Shown one piece after another: positions 44,393 through 57,923 of a stretch of 64,000 nt of DNA (its first letter is position 1; every line of letters begins with the position of its first letter). The notes beneath the pieces are model-generated. The model saw only the letters and a list, made by a program, of their open reading frames with translations, had not been told where the DNA came from and ran no database searches. The position numbers and the translations under genes were made by a program. This DNA is from Lingula anatina (lineage: Eukaryota > Animalia > Brachiopoda). Location: the NCBI GenBank assembly GCA_051362555.1, contig CM120641.1, forward strand, positions 33,920,401-33,984,400. Reading direction: 5' to 3'.

Positions 44393-46420
44393 TTCAATCC
44401 CAGGCAGTGTCAGTCCACCATTAGGCAGCACAGTTTTGCCGCATTTGTGGCCTTGGGTGACTGCAAGGAGAGAGAGGATTTTCTTTCAATATATGTCAAT
44501 ACTTTGCTAAAATGGGCAATAACATGTCAATTTTCCAGGTATAATTTGATCAAATAAGCTGTGGCTGATACCTGAAGTGGAATCTTCTTACTTCTCTGTG
44601 AAGACCACCTATCATCCCAATTAAATATATTTTCATAATGTATTCGTTAGTAGACTCACCATGGCTGTATCCATTAAGGCAACAATAACTGTACAAAATT
44701 CGACTGGTCACTGATAGTCACCAGAGCTCCCCATCCTAAGCCTTTTAAAACTCAGATTTCAATTGTCGAGGGCATGTAACAATGCAAGGTGTGTGTGGCA
44801 TATATATATATATACAAGATATTAATGCAAGGCAGTATGGACGTCACAAACACCTTGCTGACAATTAAGTAGTGTATTTAACTGCTACCGCAGTGGATGT
44901 CAAGTGAATGTGTGTACACGTATACATGTTCAACTATAGTGATGGTCTTTAGGTGTACAATAAGTATAAATAATTTCTTACATTATACTATGATATTTTA
45001 TCCTCTATTTAAGATTATATGATCTTGTATTATTTCTGTAATATTTTGTACCTAAATCACTGCAGCATTGGCTGATGTATTTTATTACACTGTATCTACA
45101 TGACACACCTCATCTGTGTCATTTGTTCTGGACACTTGACATGGTATATATCAACTGACATGTTTTTAAACAGATTTTTAAGCTGTCATCAAATCAATGT
45201 TAAATAAATAAAAATGTTCAGTCTTTAACAATCAAACTGTCAATCATTTTCTTTCAACAAATGAAGTTTTTAACTTTAAAAAGCTTGTTAAAAAGCTCTA
45301 AAATAAAATTGAATAGCTTTGATTGTAACGTGTAAAGATTTATCAAAAGTGACAATCAACATTCCTCTTAAAGTAACATATAAAGTAAGGGTAGACTGCC
45401 AGTGAAGCATATATAAATCAATACTAGCAGCTTTTATACGACTCATATTAAGTGTATATGCAAAAGGATAAAGCGCAACACTTGGTTAGTCAAAAAAAAA
45501 AAAAGCTCTACAACTGCTCTTTCTTCAGAATTCTGATCAAAACTCGACTTATTTCTCGGTCCCTACAGTTTGTAAAAATCTACCAAATGATGTGGCAATG
45601 CATGATGATGACGCATCACTGCTGTGCCTGCCATAGCATAAGTATTCAAATGAGATTTGGAAAAAAATGACCAAAGGATATGTGTAGCTCAGAAAGAAAG
45701 CCGAAAATATCTGTTCAAATATCATTTGAAGGTATTTAGGAAACAATACCCTTTGGTACTTCTTTAAGTTATGCCATTTAAAACTATATGATGGCATATG
45801 GTTGGGCTTAGTGGCAATGAGCTGACGTGTCAGCTCACTTCAAACGATCCTTAATTGATTCAGAACAAAATTATTTTTACAGGTAAATGTTTTATGTTTA
45901 TTTTATTTCAGAAAAGAATAAAGAGTATTTACTGAATCAATGAGCACACATCTAAGTCCCCCTCCATAAAAATGCTCGATCCTTTCATTTGGCTGCTATC
46001 CTTGTTAAACACATATGTACAAAAGAAAAAACTTGATGGTGTTGATGGATAACTATTGCATATAATACACCACTTCCCCATATTGTAAAGATGATAATAA
46101 TTTAGAATCAATCACTCCCCAGGGACAGCCAAACCCCCGGGTTCAATAAAATCCCAAAGTGTTCATGCACATCCTTGATGATATAGGTCCATCAATCCCA
46201 AAAGTTTCAACTTAGTAACACACATGGTCTAGCAGTAATAAAAATGTAAAAAGAATTTAGAATCAACCACCCATCTTGGACAGTCCAAACTCAGGTGCAA
46301 TTAAATTCCAAAGAACCCATGCATATCTCTGACAATATCAATCCCCAAAGTTTCAACTTTCTCACGCTAATAAATAAACAGTTTCTCTACATAACAAATG
46401 GAATAAAAGGATAAACTTAC

Positions 46421-46485
46421 CTTTTTATTCTGCATTTATACAACCAGTTCTTCCTGCATAAACTTTGACAAATTCATCTTGCTTG
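46421..46485 (-). other. Candidate non-coding 5' UTR exon of the SUR gene
   Basis: TTTTTTCAG acceptor and AAG|GTAAGT donor. The first coding exon begins at an acceptor (44460), so upstream exons are expected. Confidence 0.45.
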
Positions 46486-47221
46486 CTGAAAAAAATTGTA
46501 AAAAATGAATTTATAGGTTTTCCACTTTGGCTTTTTGTTTGCAACAAGAAATACCAGTCAGCGTCAAGAGTATTTCACAACAGGGGACTTTGTATTTGAG
46601 ATGAGCTGCATTTCTTCATTTCACATCAAACTGTAATACAGTTAATCATTGTCAGTGTGTCAGATCATATTGAATTTTAGATGTGAAAATACTGTCATTA
46701 CTTTGGAAACCACCCCCATATTAGAGAACTAGGTACAACTGAAAGAAGTACAGCCTCTCCCCCCCCAAGCCCCCAATTACCTTTTGCTTTACAAAACACT
46801 CAATTTTACAGACTGCAAGCGAACTTATCCCGTTCTTCTTAAACAAAAAGACATCTAACAACTTAGCACAATCAGACAAAGTAAAATAATAATCTATGAA
46901 TGATACAAGGAATCAAAACAAGCATTTAGAAAAAATTATATGTATCAATAACACAGATAAAACCTTTCCACCTGTGATACTTTGAGAAATGTACAGCAAA
47001 TGCTGGCAACTATTTTAATAGTTTTAATATTTTGAAATTATGCTAAGGTTAGACTTTTTTCATTGTACAATGACCCCTAGTATGGCCTCTTTATATAATA
47101 CGCCTGATCATTTTTCAAGACAATTCTTTTGGAGGACAACTCGCAAAGTTATAACAGGTCTAGGATAGCCTTTAAAAATAAGATCTATCCACAACCATGA
47201 GAAATCTTATTTATTTTCCAA

Positions 47222-47560
47222 ATAACTGCCAATGTCAAGGAGGTTATGTTTTCATCTCCGTTTGTACATCTTTCCATCTGCTATCTCCTGTCTTTCTTTC
47301 TTTCTTTCTTTCTTTCTTTTTCTCTCTCTTTCTGTTCATCGCCAGCCTAAGTGAACTCACAAAGTTATGGATGGATTTCAATGAAATTTTCAGGGCAGGT
47401 GAGTAATAGGCTAACTTTACAGTTCTTAGATTTTGGTGGTGATCTACTAATAAGTTAATGGTTAATTATCAGTTAATCATTTATCTGTCTGTCTGTCTGT
47501 CTGATTATGAATTTGATGAAATTTTAAGAATAGGTCAGGAATAATCAGGAATGGACCAGG
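47222..47560 (+). mobile_element. Decayed HINE/DINE-like remnant
   Basis: CAAGGAGGTTATGTTTTCA head, CTTT/CTGT microsatellite, and the GGATTTCAATGAAATTTT motif typical of such elements. Confidence 0.45.
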
Positions 47561-47716
47561 AGGATAAAACATTGGTAAGCCTGAGGAAAATTAACCTAGT
47601 GGGTGAGACTTTTAACTCTGCCAAGCTTTTAATTTCGCTTTTAATTCAGTAAGTTTTTTTGTAAATTGTGAATATATGCTGGCTTCTATCATGAACCTTG
47701 GCAGTACCACATGAAG

Positions 47717-48031
47717 CTAAATATCTGCTGAAAATGCACACTTATGCTTCGTTCACAAGGAAAGTCTATTTTCTAAAAATCTATTTTCTATTCGCAGTAT
47801 ATCTTGTGATCACAGTCTGTGCCCTGAATGTCCCGCGGCGTAATTACTGGCAGTGCGAGCCAGTTACTATAAGTTACTATAAGTAACTGGCTCGCGCTGC
47901 CAGTAATTACGCTGCGGGATATTCAGGGCACAGACCGTGATCATAAGATACCGCGAATAGAAAATAGATTTTTAGAAAATAGACTTTCCATGTGAACAAA
48001 GCCTAAGTGTGCATTTTCAGCAGATACTTAG
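47717..48031. mobile_element. Palindromic MITE, about 150-bp arms
   Basis: ATCTGCTGAAAATGCACACTTA...GCCAGTTACT is mirrored by AGTAACTGGC...TAAGTGTGCATTTTCAGCAGAT. Confidence 0.85.
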
Positions 48032-48188
48032 GCTGCATCAAAATCCCAAAGAAATATGACAGATCATTCTATGGGTAAATTGCATTTTTCAGCTTTACTT
48101 TGAATAGGAAAATATCCTCCTATAATCATCCCATCCATCCCTCCTCACCATTTGAGGACATGCCTTATCTCAATGATCAGCCGTCGTC

Positions 48189-48676
48189 ATCTACTAAAGA
48201 TGCACCTTCTACTTAAAATAATATGTGATCCATTCAGTCTGGACACCTTGAATTCCATGACCTTTCTTTGTACAGCTTACATGTGATGTCATTTGCTATA
48301 GACCACAGAGTTCAATGACCTTCCCTTTTCCTAGGCAAACAATCATTCATCAGATCTACTAAATATGCATCTTCTACTTAATAATATGTGATCCCTTCAG
48401 TCTGGACCCCTTGAATTCCACGACCTTTCTTTGTGCAGCTAATACATGTGATGTCATTTGCTATAGACCACAGAGTTCAATGACCTTCCTTTTTCCCAGG
48501 CAAACATTCTTCATCATCTACTAAATATGCTCCTTCTACTTAATAATATGTTATCCTTCCTGGCTCCAGTCTGGACCCCTTGAATTCCATGACCTTTCTT
48601 TGTGCAGCTAATACACATGTGATGTCATTTGCTATAGACCACAGAGTTCAATGACCTGACATTTTCCCAGGCAAAT
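48189..48676 (+). repeat. About 163-bp tandem repeat, 3 units
   Basis: ATCTACTAAA...GACCACAGAGTTCAATGACC units start near 48189, 48354 and 48516; a partial dispersed copy lies near 50025-50070. Confidence 0.9.
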
Positions 48677-48990
48677 AGCATTATAGCACTTTCTGACTAT
48701 GGCCATCAATATAGTTTTGTGATTTACGGTGTGTTGATCTGGATGTATTTTCCCAAGTGGGTGAGACTTAAGTTGCTTAATCATCATCATTTTTCTTTCT
48801 TTTTTTCTTCTTTTTTATTCTGTAAATGTGTATTTGCTAGCTTCCACTGATCATTAAAACTCTTAGCAGAGACTTAACTGCAGTCCCAAGTTGTTTTTGG
48901 AAAGGAAAGTTCTTTCTTCTATATATCCACCCTCCCAGTCACCATTCATGGACATGCCTAACACAGATCTTTAAAATGAAAGTGATGTCT

Positions 48991-49351
48991 CAGACATGCT
49001 GAAAACTTTTCAGAATGGCTGGACATTTGGACCTGCAGTAATGAAAAATTTGCCCGGCCGAATGGATTTTTGTCGGACCGAAAATAACCCTATTCGTTTG
49101 AGACATATACTACCAGTGCAATTAGGTGGCTTACTTTGTTTGTGAATGTGATAGGTTTGAAATTGAAGGGAAAAAACCCTTTGGGTTTATATAATTTTAT
49201 TAGTGAAGAATGTCGAATGATGACTGTAAATTCAAAATTGCGGTTCTTAAAACTCTTGTCGGTCCTTTGGACTGACCGAGTCCAATTTTTTACCGGTCCA
49301 GACAAATTTTCCCAGTCATGACCAATCGGACAGACAGTTTCAGCATGTCTG
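48991..49351. mobile_element. Non-autonomous TIR element (361 bp)
   Basis: 14-bp TIRs CAGACATGCTGAAA / TTTCAGCATGTCTG; flanks ATGTCT and CTGTCT may be an imperfect 6-bp TSD. Confidence 0.75.
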
Positions 49352-50915
49352 CTGTCTGTGACTTGGAGGTACAGATTTGTCATTGTGACAAACTTGACAT
49401 GGTCCAGTGTTAGCTTTCGGCACCTGGTACCCCCTAACTGCCAAGGTGTGGTAGCCCAGATTGGGAGTTTAGATAATTTAATAATTTTTTTTTTTTTTTT
49501 TTGCATTTTCATAACAGCATTTGATGAGTTTTTTTCAGGCACTTGCCCACCTGTGTCAAAATCTACTTGTCCCACATCTGGGGGAGGGGGGGGGGGGGAG
49601 GTATACTGTAAACGAATAATTCAAATAATGAGTTTTTTTTTAGGGGGGGGTACAAAAATTTAATTGCCACATTTAAATATAACATTTTTAACAAAGTTTA
49701 TTATTTTTTTAAGTTTAGGGCACCAAATACTTTTTTATTTTATTTTCTAAGGAGGGGTTAGGAGGGGTAAAAATGCAATTTCATGATCAGATTGTGCAAA
49801 TACTTGCTTTTAACATCAGATTATAAGCTATCTACTCTGATTTCTCTCATCTTCCCATTCAGCACTTTTTATCTGAGCTCAATTGCTTTATTCCTATATT
49901 AATATGTGGCTTAAAAAAGAACCTGTATGTAAACAGCGAGAGACTCATGCAGGTGAAAGCTAACCAAATTCTAGACCATGACCTACAACTACCACACTAT
50001 AAATTACGCATAATAACTCTGGTTATTGACCACAGAGTTCAACGACCAGCCATTATCCCAGGCAAACGTCCTTCATGCACGTTTTGACATTTAAGTCCTC
50101 CAATATCACATCTCTTATCTGGTTATATTTTCCCCAGTGGTTATGAATTGTATGTAAATGATCTTTTTTCACGAAGCAAGAATCAGTCTCTTTGCATGAA
50201 CAGGTCATTTAGGAATCAGAGGTGCACTGATTGCAATATAAGTATTACTTTGAAAAACAAGAATTTTAGTAATCCTGCAAGATTTCGGCAATTTCAACCC
50301 CCCCCCCCTCAACCCCCTAGGCTTCACCATTCCCTATACTATAGTGATAACTTTCAGACAAGAATGCATACAGGAGTGCTACTATATATTATAATGTAAC
50401 ACTACAACTTTCACATACAGTAGCCATATTCTTGCAAACATATTTTTATCTCAAGCTCAGGTTGGATCTGTGCTTTAAAACAAACAGGATGTCTGCTGTA
50501 TAACAAATATGTCTCATGGGCATTAAATCTATCACTGTACAGAAGAAAACCTGCCATTATGACAGGCCATTTATACTACTCACTGTCTGGGGCATTCTGT
50601 ATACAAGCCTGACATCAGACACAATCTCTATAAAGAGGGGGTGGATCCTGTTACTAAGCTGATATTTTCTTCAAGGTTAAAGAACTCTACTGCTTTTTAT
50701 ATTCAGTCAATTTAAAGGAGTGTGCATTCAGCAGTCATTGCCCTGTAAATATCTGGTTCACCAGACTATATAAATTACATAATAAATCTTTTAGGCCAAT
50801 CTGATTTAATTTTATGGAAGGCATCCATGCGGGCATTTATTTTCAAGTGTTCTTTCCCTCCTTGTAACTCTGGAACTGACTGCTGTCCCTATACCCACTC
50901 AAAATACTGCATAAG

Positions 50916-51069
50916 CCAGGGCTCCGTATCTCGAAAGGTTCGCTATGTTGCGCACGTGCACATGTGTCTCGATTCCATAATCGATTCTATTTCGAGATAC
51001 GGGGCCATGGAATCGAGACGCTTGCGCACGTGCACAACATAGCGAACTTTTCGAGGTACGGAGCCCTGG
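50916..51069. mobile_element. Short palindromic MITE with an internal extra TIR copy
   Basis: CCAGGGCTCCGTATCTCGAAA...TTTCGAGGTACGGAGCCCTGG; internal TTTCGAGATACGGGGCC near 50990-51006. Confidence 0.85.
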
Positions 51070-52024
51070 GTTTTCCTAAATCTCGTTTATCTTCCACAAA
51101 ACCTGCTGATTTTGTCATAAAACAAACCTTTTGCACATGTGTATTGCTGCAAAATGGAGAGAGAGAGGGGGGTATACGGGGGGGGGGGGGGGGGGGAGAT
51201 GTATGTGGTAACCTTAATTAAAGTGGATCTACAGCATTCTCATTTGTTTAAATAATACAGAAATGAAGCAGATGAGAGCTGATTCTTTAATATTTTCTTG
51301 TTTGATTCAATGAGATAAAGCAGATGGCTGTTGACTCTGTAGTCTTCTCAGCATGAATAAAGATGTTTGTTTGATACACTGTGTTCTGTTCGTTTCCATC
51401 TGAATATTCCTTTACTTTAGCTGTTTTTTTTTCCCTCTTTCATTAGTTTTGGAGTCTCCAGAGGAGGTCTTCCATAAAATTAAATCAGTGTGGCCTTAGT
51501 ACATAAAACGTGTCAGACTTTGTTTGCTGGTAGGTATCAAAACTGGATAATAATAGGCTGCTCTGATCTCATATAAAGACATGGCAAGTCAGAGAGTTCT
51601 GTTTTTTGATATACCCGGTAGACATCCCATTATTTAGGACAAAAAATTCATACAAAGCATTTCAGGGAATTATTCAAACAATTTACTGTTAGTTTTGCAG
51701 TTCTACACCTGGTGCCATGTTTATCTGGGCCTGGCGTTTGAATAATCTAAAATATTATTGCTTTTTACTTCTACTTTTGCCATTTTCACATTGTCTACAT
51801 GTAACTTAGAGAATCCTGGTCATGGACCAAAATATCCTTTCCATAATGAAACGCTGAAGGATTTCTGTCTCTGAATTAAGAAAGCCATGTTATGGAACAA
51901 TCACAAGCTGTAAAACTGAACTATGATATTTCTAACTGAATGTGAATAATGACTTCAAAGCTTAATTTTTATTTTGCCCTTTGTAGCACTGAATACTTGG
52001 TCCTAACCAGCACATGGTGACTTG

Positions 52025-52250
52025 CACCCCAATTCCATAGATTTTTAGATTGATCTATCCCTGTGGGGAGTCTCACTAGATTACTGTCAGCTTGGCTGGC
52101 TTAAGCGTCAGTCCCGCCTACTAAAAGCTGTAAGGGGGTAATTAACCATGGTGCCCGCTCTGCTGATTGCAATTTAGCGTGAACCCCCAGGGAGTTAGGT
52201 TGATCTAAATCTTAATCTTTAGATCGATCTAAATCTCTGGGAAAGCACCC
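52025..52250 (+). mobile_element. MITE family A, 226-bp subfamily, TTG TSD
   Basis: TTG|CACCCCAATTCCATAG...GGGAAAGCACCC|TTG. Confidence 0.88.
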
Positions 52251-53315
52251 TTGAACTCTGTCATACATGTAGTTTACTAAATAAGACAAATGTATACCTA
52301 GAATGACATCAATAAAATCTCATATACTAAATGATATACTGAGAGCTATATATGTACACAGAATCAAACACTGATGTCTTCTGCTCAATAACAATTACAA
52401 TTGTGAGAAAATGGTATAAAATTCTGATTTCATACTGTATCATACAAAATGGATAGAGCCTTTGCAAGGATATATCTCTAGAGTAATTATAATATATGTA
52501 AAAATCCAGCACTTTTGGGGCTTTTAATACTATACTAGTAACCCTATGTCTTTAATAATCACACCACGCTTTTATTTCACCCTGAACCAATCACTCAGAA
52601 TTAACATGTCTATACACAACTTGATTATACTTACAGTACTGGGGCCTAAAAATAAATACTTGTAAATGACAATTCCTCCATCATTTTAGGCACATTTTGG
52701 TCATCTCAGGGGTTAAAGAGAAAGGGGGCATTTGAACTCCACTTAATTTTTTACCAAACAAACCCATCTAGTAAATTTCAAGTAAAACAAAACGTCCTTT
52801 TACAGTTATAGGGGAACAAATGTGTCAGGTGCCAAATGCATCAGCAACAGCATAGATGGACACAAATAATCAGAATACACAATGTCTCTCTGTGACCACA
52901 ACCAAAGGTAAGATGATAGTCCTGCAATACACAGAAAGTGTTAATATGTTTCAAACATACGTCAGTCAGACATTTCATTCCCCACACCTCTTCACCCAGG
53001 TAGATCATTGAGAATTAACAAAGAGCATGTTAAACTATAGCCACCTATCCATAAGGAGCTCAAATATCAGGCAGTGCAAGTGGGCCTGAAGCAGATGTAT
53101 AGATCTCTGGCATTATTAAGACAGGATTAGGCATCAAGTTTTTACTTCCCTTTCTTTTTTTTTTTTTTGATGCAGGTTATACTTGAAGACAACAGCATAC
53201 ATAGGGGCTCAAACAGAGCACCCACAGTTTTATAATGAACGCCTTTTAACAACCACCCATATCTCATTTCCAATGAAAAAACTGACACCACTGGAAGAGG
53301 AGAGTCAGCATCTTA

Positions 53316-53541
53316 GGGTGCTTTCCCAGAGATTTAGATCGATCTAAAGATTAAGTTTCAGATCGACCTAACTCCCTGGGGGTTCACGCTAAATTGCAGT
53401 CAGCCGAGCAGGCACCAGAGTTAATTACCCCCTTACAGCTTTTAGTAGGCGGGACAGCCGCTTAAGCCGGCCAAGCTGACAGTAATCTAGTGAGACTCCC
53501 CACAGGGATAGATCGATCTAAAAATCTATGGAAATGGGGTG
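53316..53541 (-). mobile_element. MITE family A, 226-bp subfamily, inverted relative to 52025-52250
   Basis: Reverse complement closely matches 52025-52250; flanks TTA and TAA. Confidence 0.88.
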
Positions 53542-54075
53542 TAAAACATGGACACAAGATCAAGTCGAGTGAACCAACCTGTTACACAGACTTAAAGAAA
53601 GAACTGCTTTTGAGGAAAGGAAGGTCCCTAAAATCAGTCCTATCTACTAGTAGCAGGAAAGAGGGAAATTTCACAGTTTTTTACATACAGTCACAGTCCA
53701 GTGCATTCCTCAAGTTTGAAACTGGTCACAGTGTGGCATTTGAAAGCACCTTTGGCTTTCTTAATCTGGCAAGACCATTACCAGGGGTTGAATTTCTACA
53801 TAGAAATACAATCACATATTCAATTACAACTAAAGCTTCCTACAAATGCTCATGGTATTAAAAACCAATCCAAATTTATCCCAAATCCAAAATGTTTTTT
53901 TTTTCCCTCTTTGGAGAAGAGTATGCCTCCCATTCAATGATTCACATGATCTATCCTAAACCCATTTTAGATTTCTGTTCAATATAAGGTCTTTAGAATA
54001 AAAAGCTCCACTTCACAATACTTGCTGAATGAAGGTTGTTTTTGTTTTCACCAAACAGGGGATTAAATTCCAGTC

Positions 54076-54080
<5 letters not shown>

Positions 54081-54143
<63 letters not shown>
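54081..54143. repeat. (TA)n microsatellite
   Basis: Direct reading. Confidence 0.95.
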
Positions 54144-54145
<2 letters not shown>

Positions 54146-56108
54146 TAGTCCCGTACAGAAAGCAAAATATTTAACTGTTCTCTTTATGAGAGTGAATACC
54201 TTATTCTTCAATCCAAAATTGTGACTTACGGTTTTTTTTTTACTTTGGGTAATAATTATTATACGACATATTATATTACATTAACAATTTAAAGACAGGC
54301 TAAGAGTGTTAGACCATTGTATAGGGATATGTTTGAAGCAAAATAATAATCATATTTGTGTTGCATAAGATTTTTCTCAACAATTATTGTTAGGATATAT
54401 CTTGGCCAATATGTGAAAATTAATGAAGTTTCCAAGATAATTATTATTATTATTATTATTATTATTATTTGCCATATAAATGTCTAATCCTTATTTTTTT
54501 GCCTTTAATATAAAAATGGGCTAGAATTTTTCTTATCAAATTAATAAAACAGTGATACTATGCAGTATCAATTCTGCTGCAAATAATTTACATGAACTAT
54601 CACAGAGGAAGATTGTATTTACACCTGGTATGAAAGACATTTATTTCATTTACAAGTAACAGGTAGCATATAAATAAAATTATGTAACCTATACAGAAGC
54701 TAAGTTGACAATATTACACAGGTTTCTTACCAAAACTTTAATTGGCAACTTCTCCCTTTTGGAAATTGGGAAGGGATCAGCCATAAATTAATTTTTTTAA
54801 CCACTTGAGATGCCATCTTGAAATTTCCAGTGCTTGTATTCAAACACGTAGAGAACAAGAGGCATCTTTTATTTTTATTCCACTGATATGACCACCATAT
54901 TTAGGGACAAGAGTATATTTTATGAATAACTTCAAACAAATCTTTTAATTACTTTTATAACTAATGTGAAAGTGTTAACCTGACTAACTCTCATGCAACA
55001 TACACTTATATGACAAGACCGTGAATCTGGCCAATAGACATTTAAGGCACACAATAGACAACTACTCCATTTTAACATAAAGAGACACATTCCATAAACA
55101 TTTCTACAGCTTTACTTTTTTCAAAAATGATCTCATCATAATGATTTTCAAAAGGAACATGCTTTTTTATCAAACAAAGCAACTCAGCAAATTTGTGTAT
55201 GGTTGATCTCATCAAATGATAATCAAACATGGCATAGTCAGAAGCAACCTGGCTTCAAATTAGGGATATCTGACCCGAAAACTGGACTTCTATCTGAGCT
55301 AGCTCTTTCGGATGAGAATGTCACTACGCAATTTTCATGCCTCTCAATTTTCATTTACACAACAATCCATGTATGAAGTTTTAAACTGTGCTCTTGTGAC
55401 AGAAAAAGGTTCCTGCGTGCAATGTACGCTTGATCTCATCTGGGAAATGTATACAGTACGAAGTGCCCAACATGGCTTGCTGTCCAAATTTGGTCCCACG
55501 ACATGAACAAATTTACCCTTGACATGATGTTGCTTGTACCCAATTCTCCACATGCTTTGGTGGAAAAATGGAATGATTGACAACCCTTGTAATTCAAAAG
55601 TCAGCCCCGTATAAACTTTAGAGCATCCCTGGTTTCAGCGTATGCGCAGTGCTTAAAACTATACTTCTGTTTTATCAAGCTTACTACTCATCATTCGCGT
55701 TGTGGAAAATGAAATTTTCTTGGGTGTACATCGGCGCAACAAAGTGCCAGGCAACGAGTTGTATTATAGGAAACACCTACTAGCAGGTAGCAAAGCTTTG
55801 ACACCTAAATTTAAACATGGTAACATTATGCCCCAGTTTTACAATTTCGAGTAGCGCTAGCATCTGCTACTGTTGCTACCACTAATTTTGAGCATGTATT
55901 ATGTAATTTTATAACAATTTTTATTTTACATTATATAAAGTGTATTTTCTTAAAAGTTATTCCATGTGTGTTCTCTATCTATATGCCGGCCCTATTTCAG
56001 AATAGCCAAGCTTCATAATAGTGAACCTGCATCATACATGTAGTGAACCTTTCGAATAGTGCACTTTCAAAAAACTGAACCTTCATCGTATAGAAGCACA
56101 CCTGCTAC

Positions 56109-56154
<46 letters not shown>
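56109..56154. repeat. (TAA)n microsatellite
   Basis: Direct reading. Confidence 0.95.
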
Positions 56155-56155
<1 letters not shown>

Positions 56156-57519
56156 TTATTGAGCTCAAAGAAATGGTTTACATTTACAGGCTCTCTAATT
56201 AATAAAAACATAAGAATAATTTAATTATTAAACTATGCTCATCCACGCATACTATTGCGGTTATAAATCAGACCTAAACAGTGGCAAGATAAAGTACATA
56301 AAACAATATAGTGATTAAACTGTCACTTCTTGTTTTCTATAGCTTTTTAAATTGTAAATTAAATAATTGCAGTGAAGTACACTAATTTCAAATTGTGGTT
56401 TTCAGTACTATTTGATTGTGTAACCATAATATTATCCTTACCAATATGAATTCTTTATTCTAATGTATCTTTTATATTGTCTATGGATTTAAATTGGAGA
56501 CAAGAAAGAAATTTACATTCTTTTCACTACCTTTTGGTGTCACATGATATCCCCCAGTATTGACTGTATTCCAGTATTGACAGTATTTATGGTTCTGGTA
56601 TACTTTAGGAGGAACTTATCTCGTTTGGCTTTAAATTGATTTACAGTACAGAGAGTTGCATTTCTTAATTCCATTTAGACAAAGCATTGAACAGACAGAG
56701 CCTTGCACTGCAAATGAGACTTCTATTATTTTCAACATTGCTAGCTTTGAATGACTATTAAAGGCATTTTACATTCTAAGCTCTGCCTCTGTATTTGGAA
56801 AAGAACTGAGAACTTCAACTATATTTTCAAGTATCTTCCAAACATTTATGATTGAAAATTTTATGTTCCCTGTTACTCTTTAAAGAATAAACTTAAGTTT
56901 GGTATCTCAGTAACTCATAACCAGTAACCATGCAGTAACTCATGAAGTCCAGCTAAGACTTAATTTTTCTCACATAAATGACTTATGGAAAATTCCCATA
57001 GCCTGTATTTCTCTAATTTTACCTGAGGACCAAAGCCGACATAGCTTGGAACAGATCTGTGAGACAGTTGCACAGCCAATGGCTAGTATATGTAGTTTCC
57101 TTCAAGGGAAATTCAATTTTTCTAAGGATAACACCAATGCCATCTTTATCAAAAGGCTTGGTTAAGTATTAGTACATAACATAATGCAAGTTATTAAAAA
57201 ACAAAATTGTTTTCCAGGTATATGATTTTATGACAGTATAACAATCTAATTTTTATGAAAAGTTATTTAGTCAGTTTCACCTTAATTAAAGCCAGTATCA
57301 GGGCAGACAGCTGAGTAATGGCCAGACAGGTGTTAGCATGCAATGTCAACCTTGTATCTTCTCTATTTTTTATTTATGTACAGGACTGTCATGTTAGGTT
57401 GTGTTCCACCTTAAAATTAGATAGTTTTCTATACAGTATTACTGGAGGCCCCAGCTCTCAACCAGGAATAAATCCGTCTGTGTGGAAGTACCTACAAAGT
57501 CTTGTTTGTTTATTCATGG

Positions 57520-57923
57520 AGACCATTCCCACAGATATTTGGATCAATCTATCTCCCTGGAGAGTCTCACTAAATTGCTATCAGCGTAACCAGATTTTAA
57601 ATGTCTGCCACGCCTAGTAAAGCTGCTAGGGGGTAATTATCTTTATCCCCTAGCTGATTCAGTAGGCATGACAGACATTTAAGCCTCTAGAGCTAACAGA
57701 TGAATCTTAGACCCCATTCCCAGAGATTAGATCGATCCAACTAGATCGACCTAACTCCCTGGGGGTTCATGCTAAATAGCTGTCAGCCGAGCGGGCACGA
57801 AAGTTAATTACTCCCTTACAGCTTGTAGTAGGCAGGACGGACATTTAAGCCGGATAATCTGACAGTAATCTAGTGAGACTCCCCACAGGGATAGATCGAT
57901 CTAAAATCTATGGGAATGCACTC
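57520..57923. mobile_element. Diverged partial family A copy (about 57520-57690, +) next to an intact 214-bp copy (57710-57923, -)
   Basis: Shared GAGTCTCACTA and GGGGGTAATTA core in opposite orientations. Confidence 0.8.

Noticed and set aside
46098-46360. Two degenerate repeats about 155 bp apart
   Set aside because: Likely an old repeat remnant; too decayed to classify.
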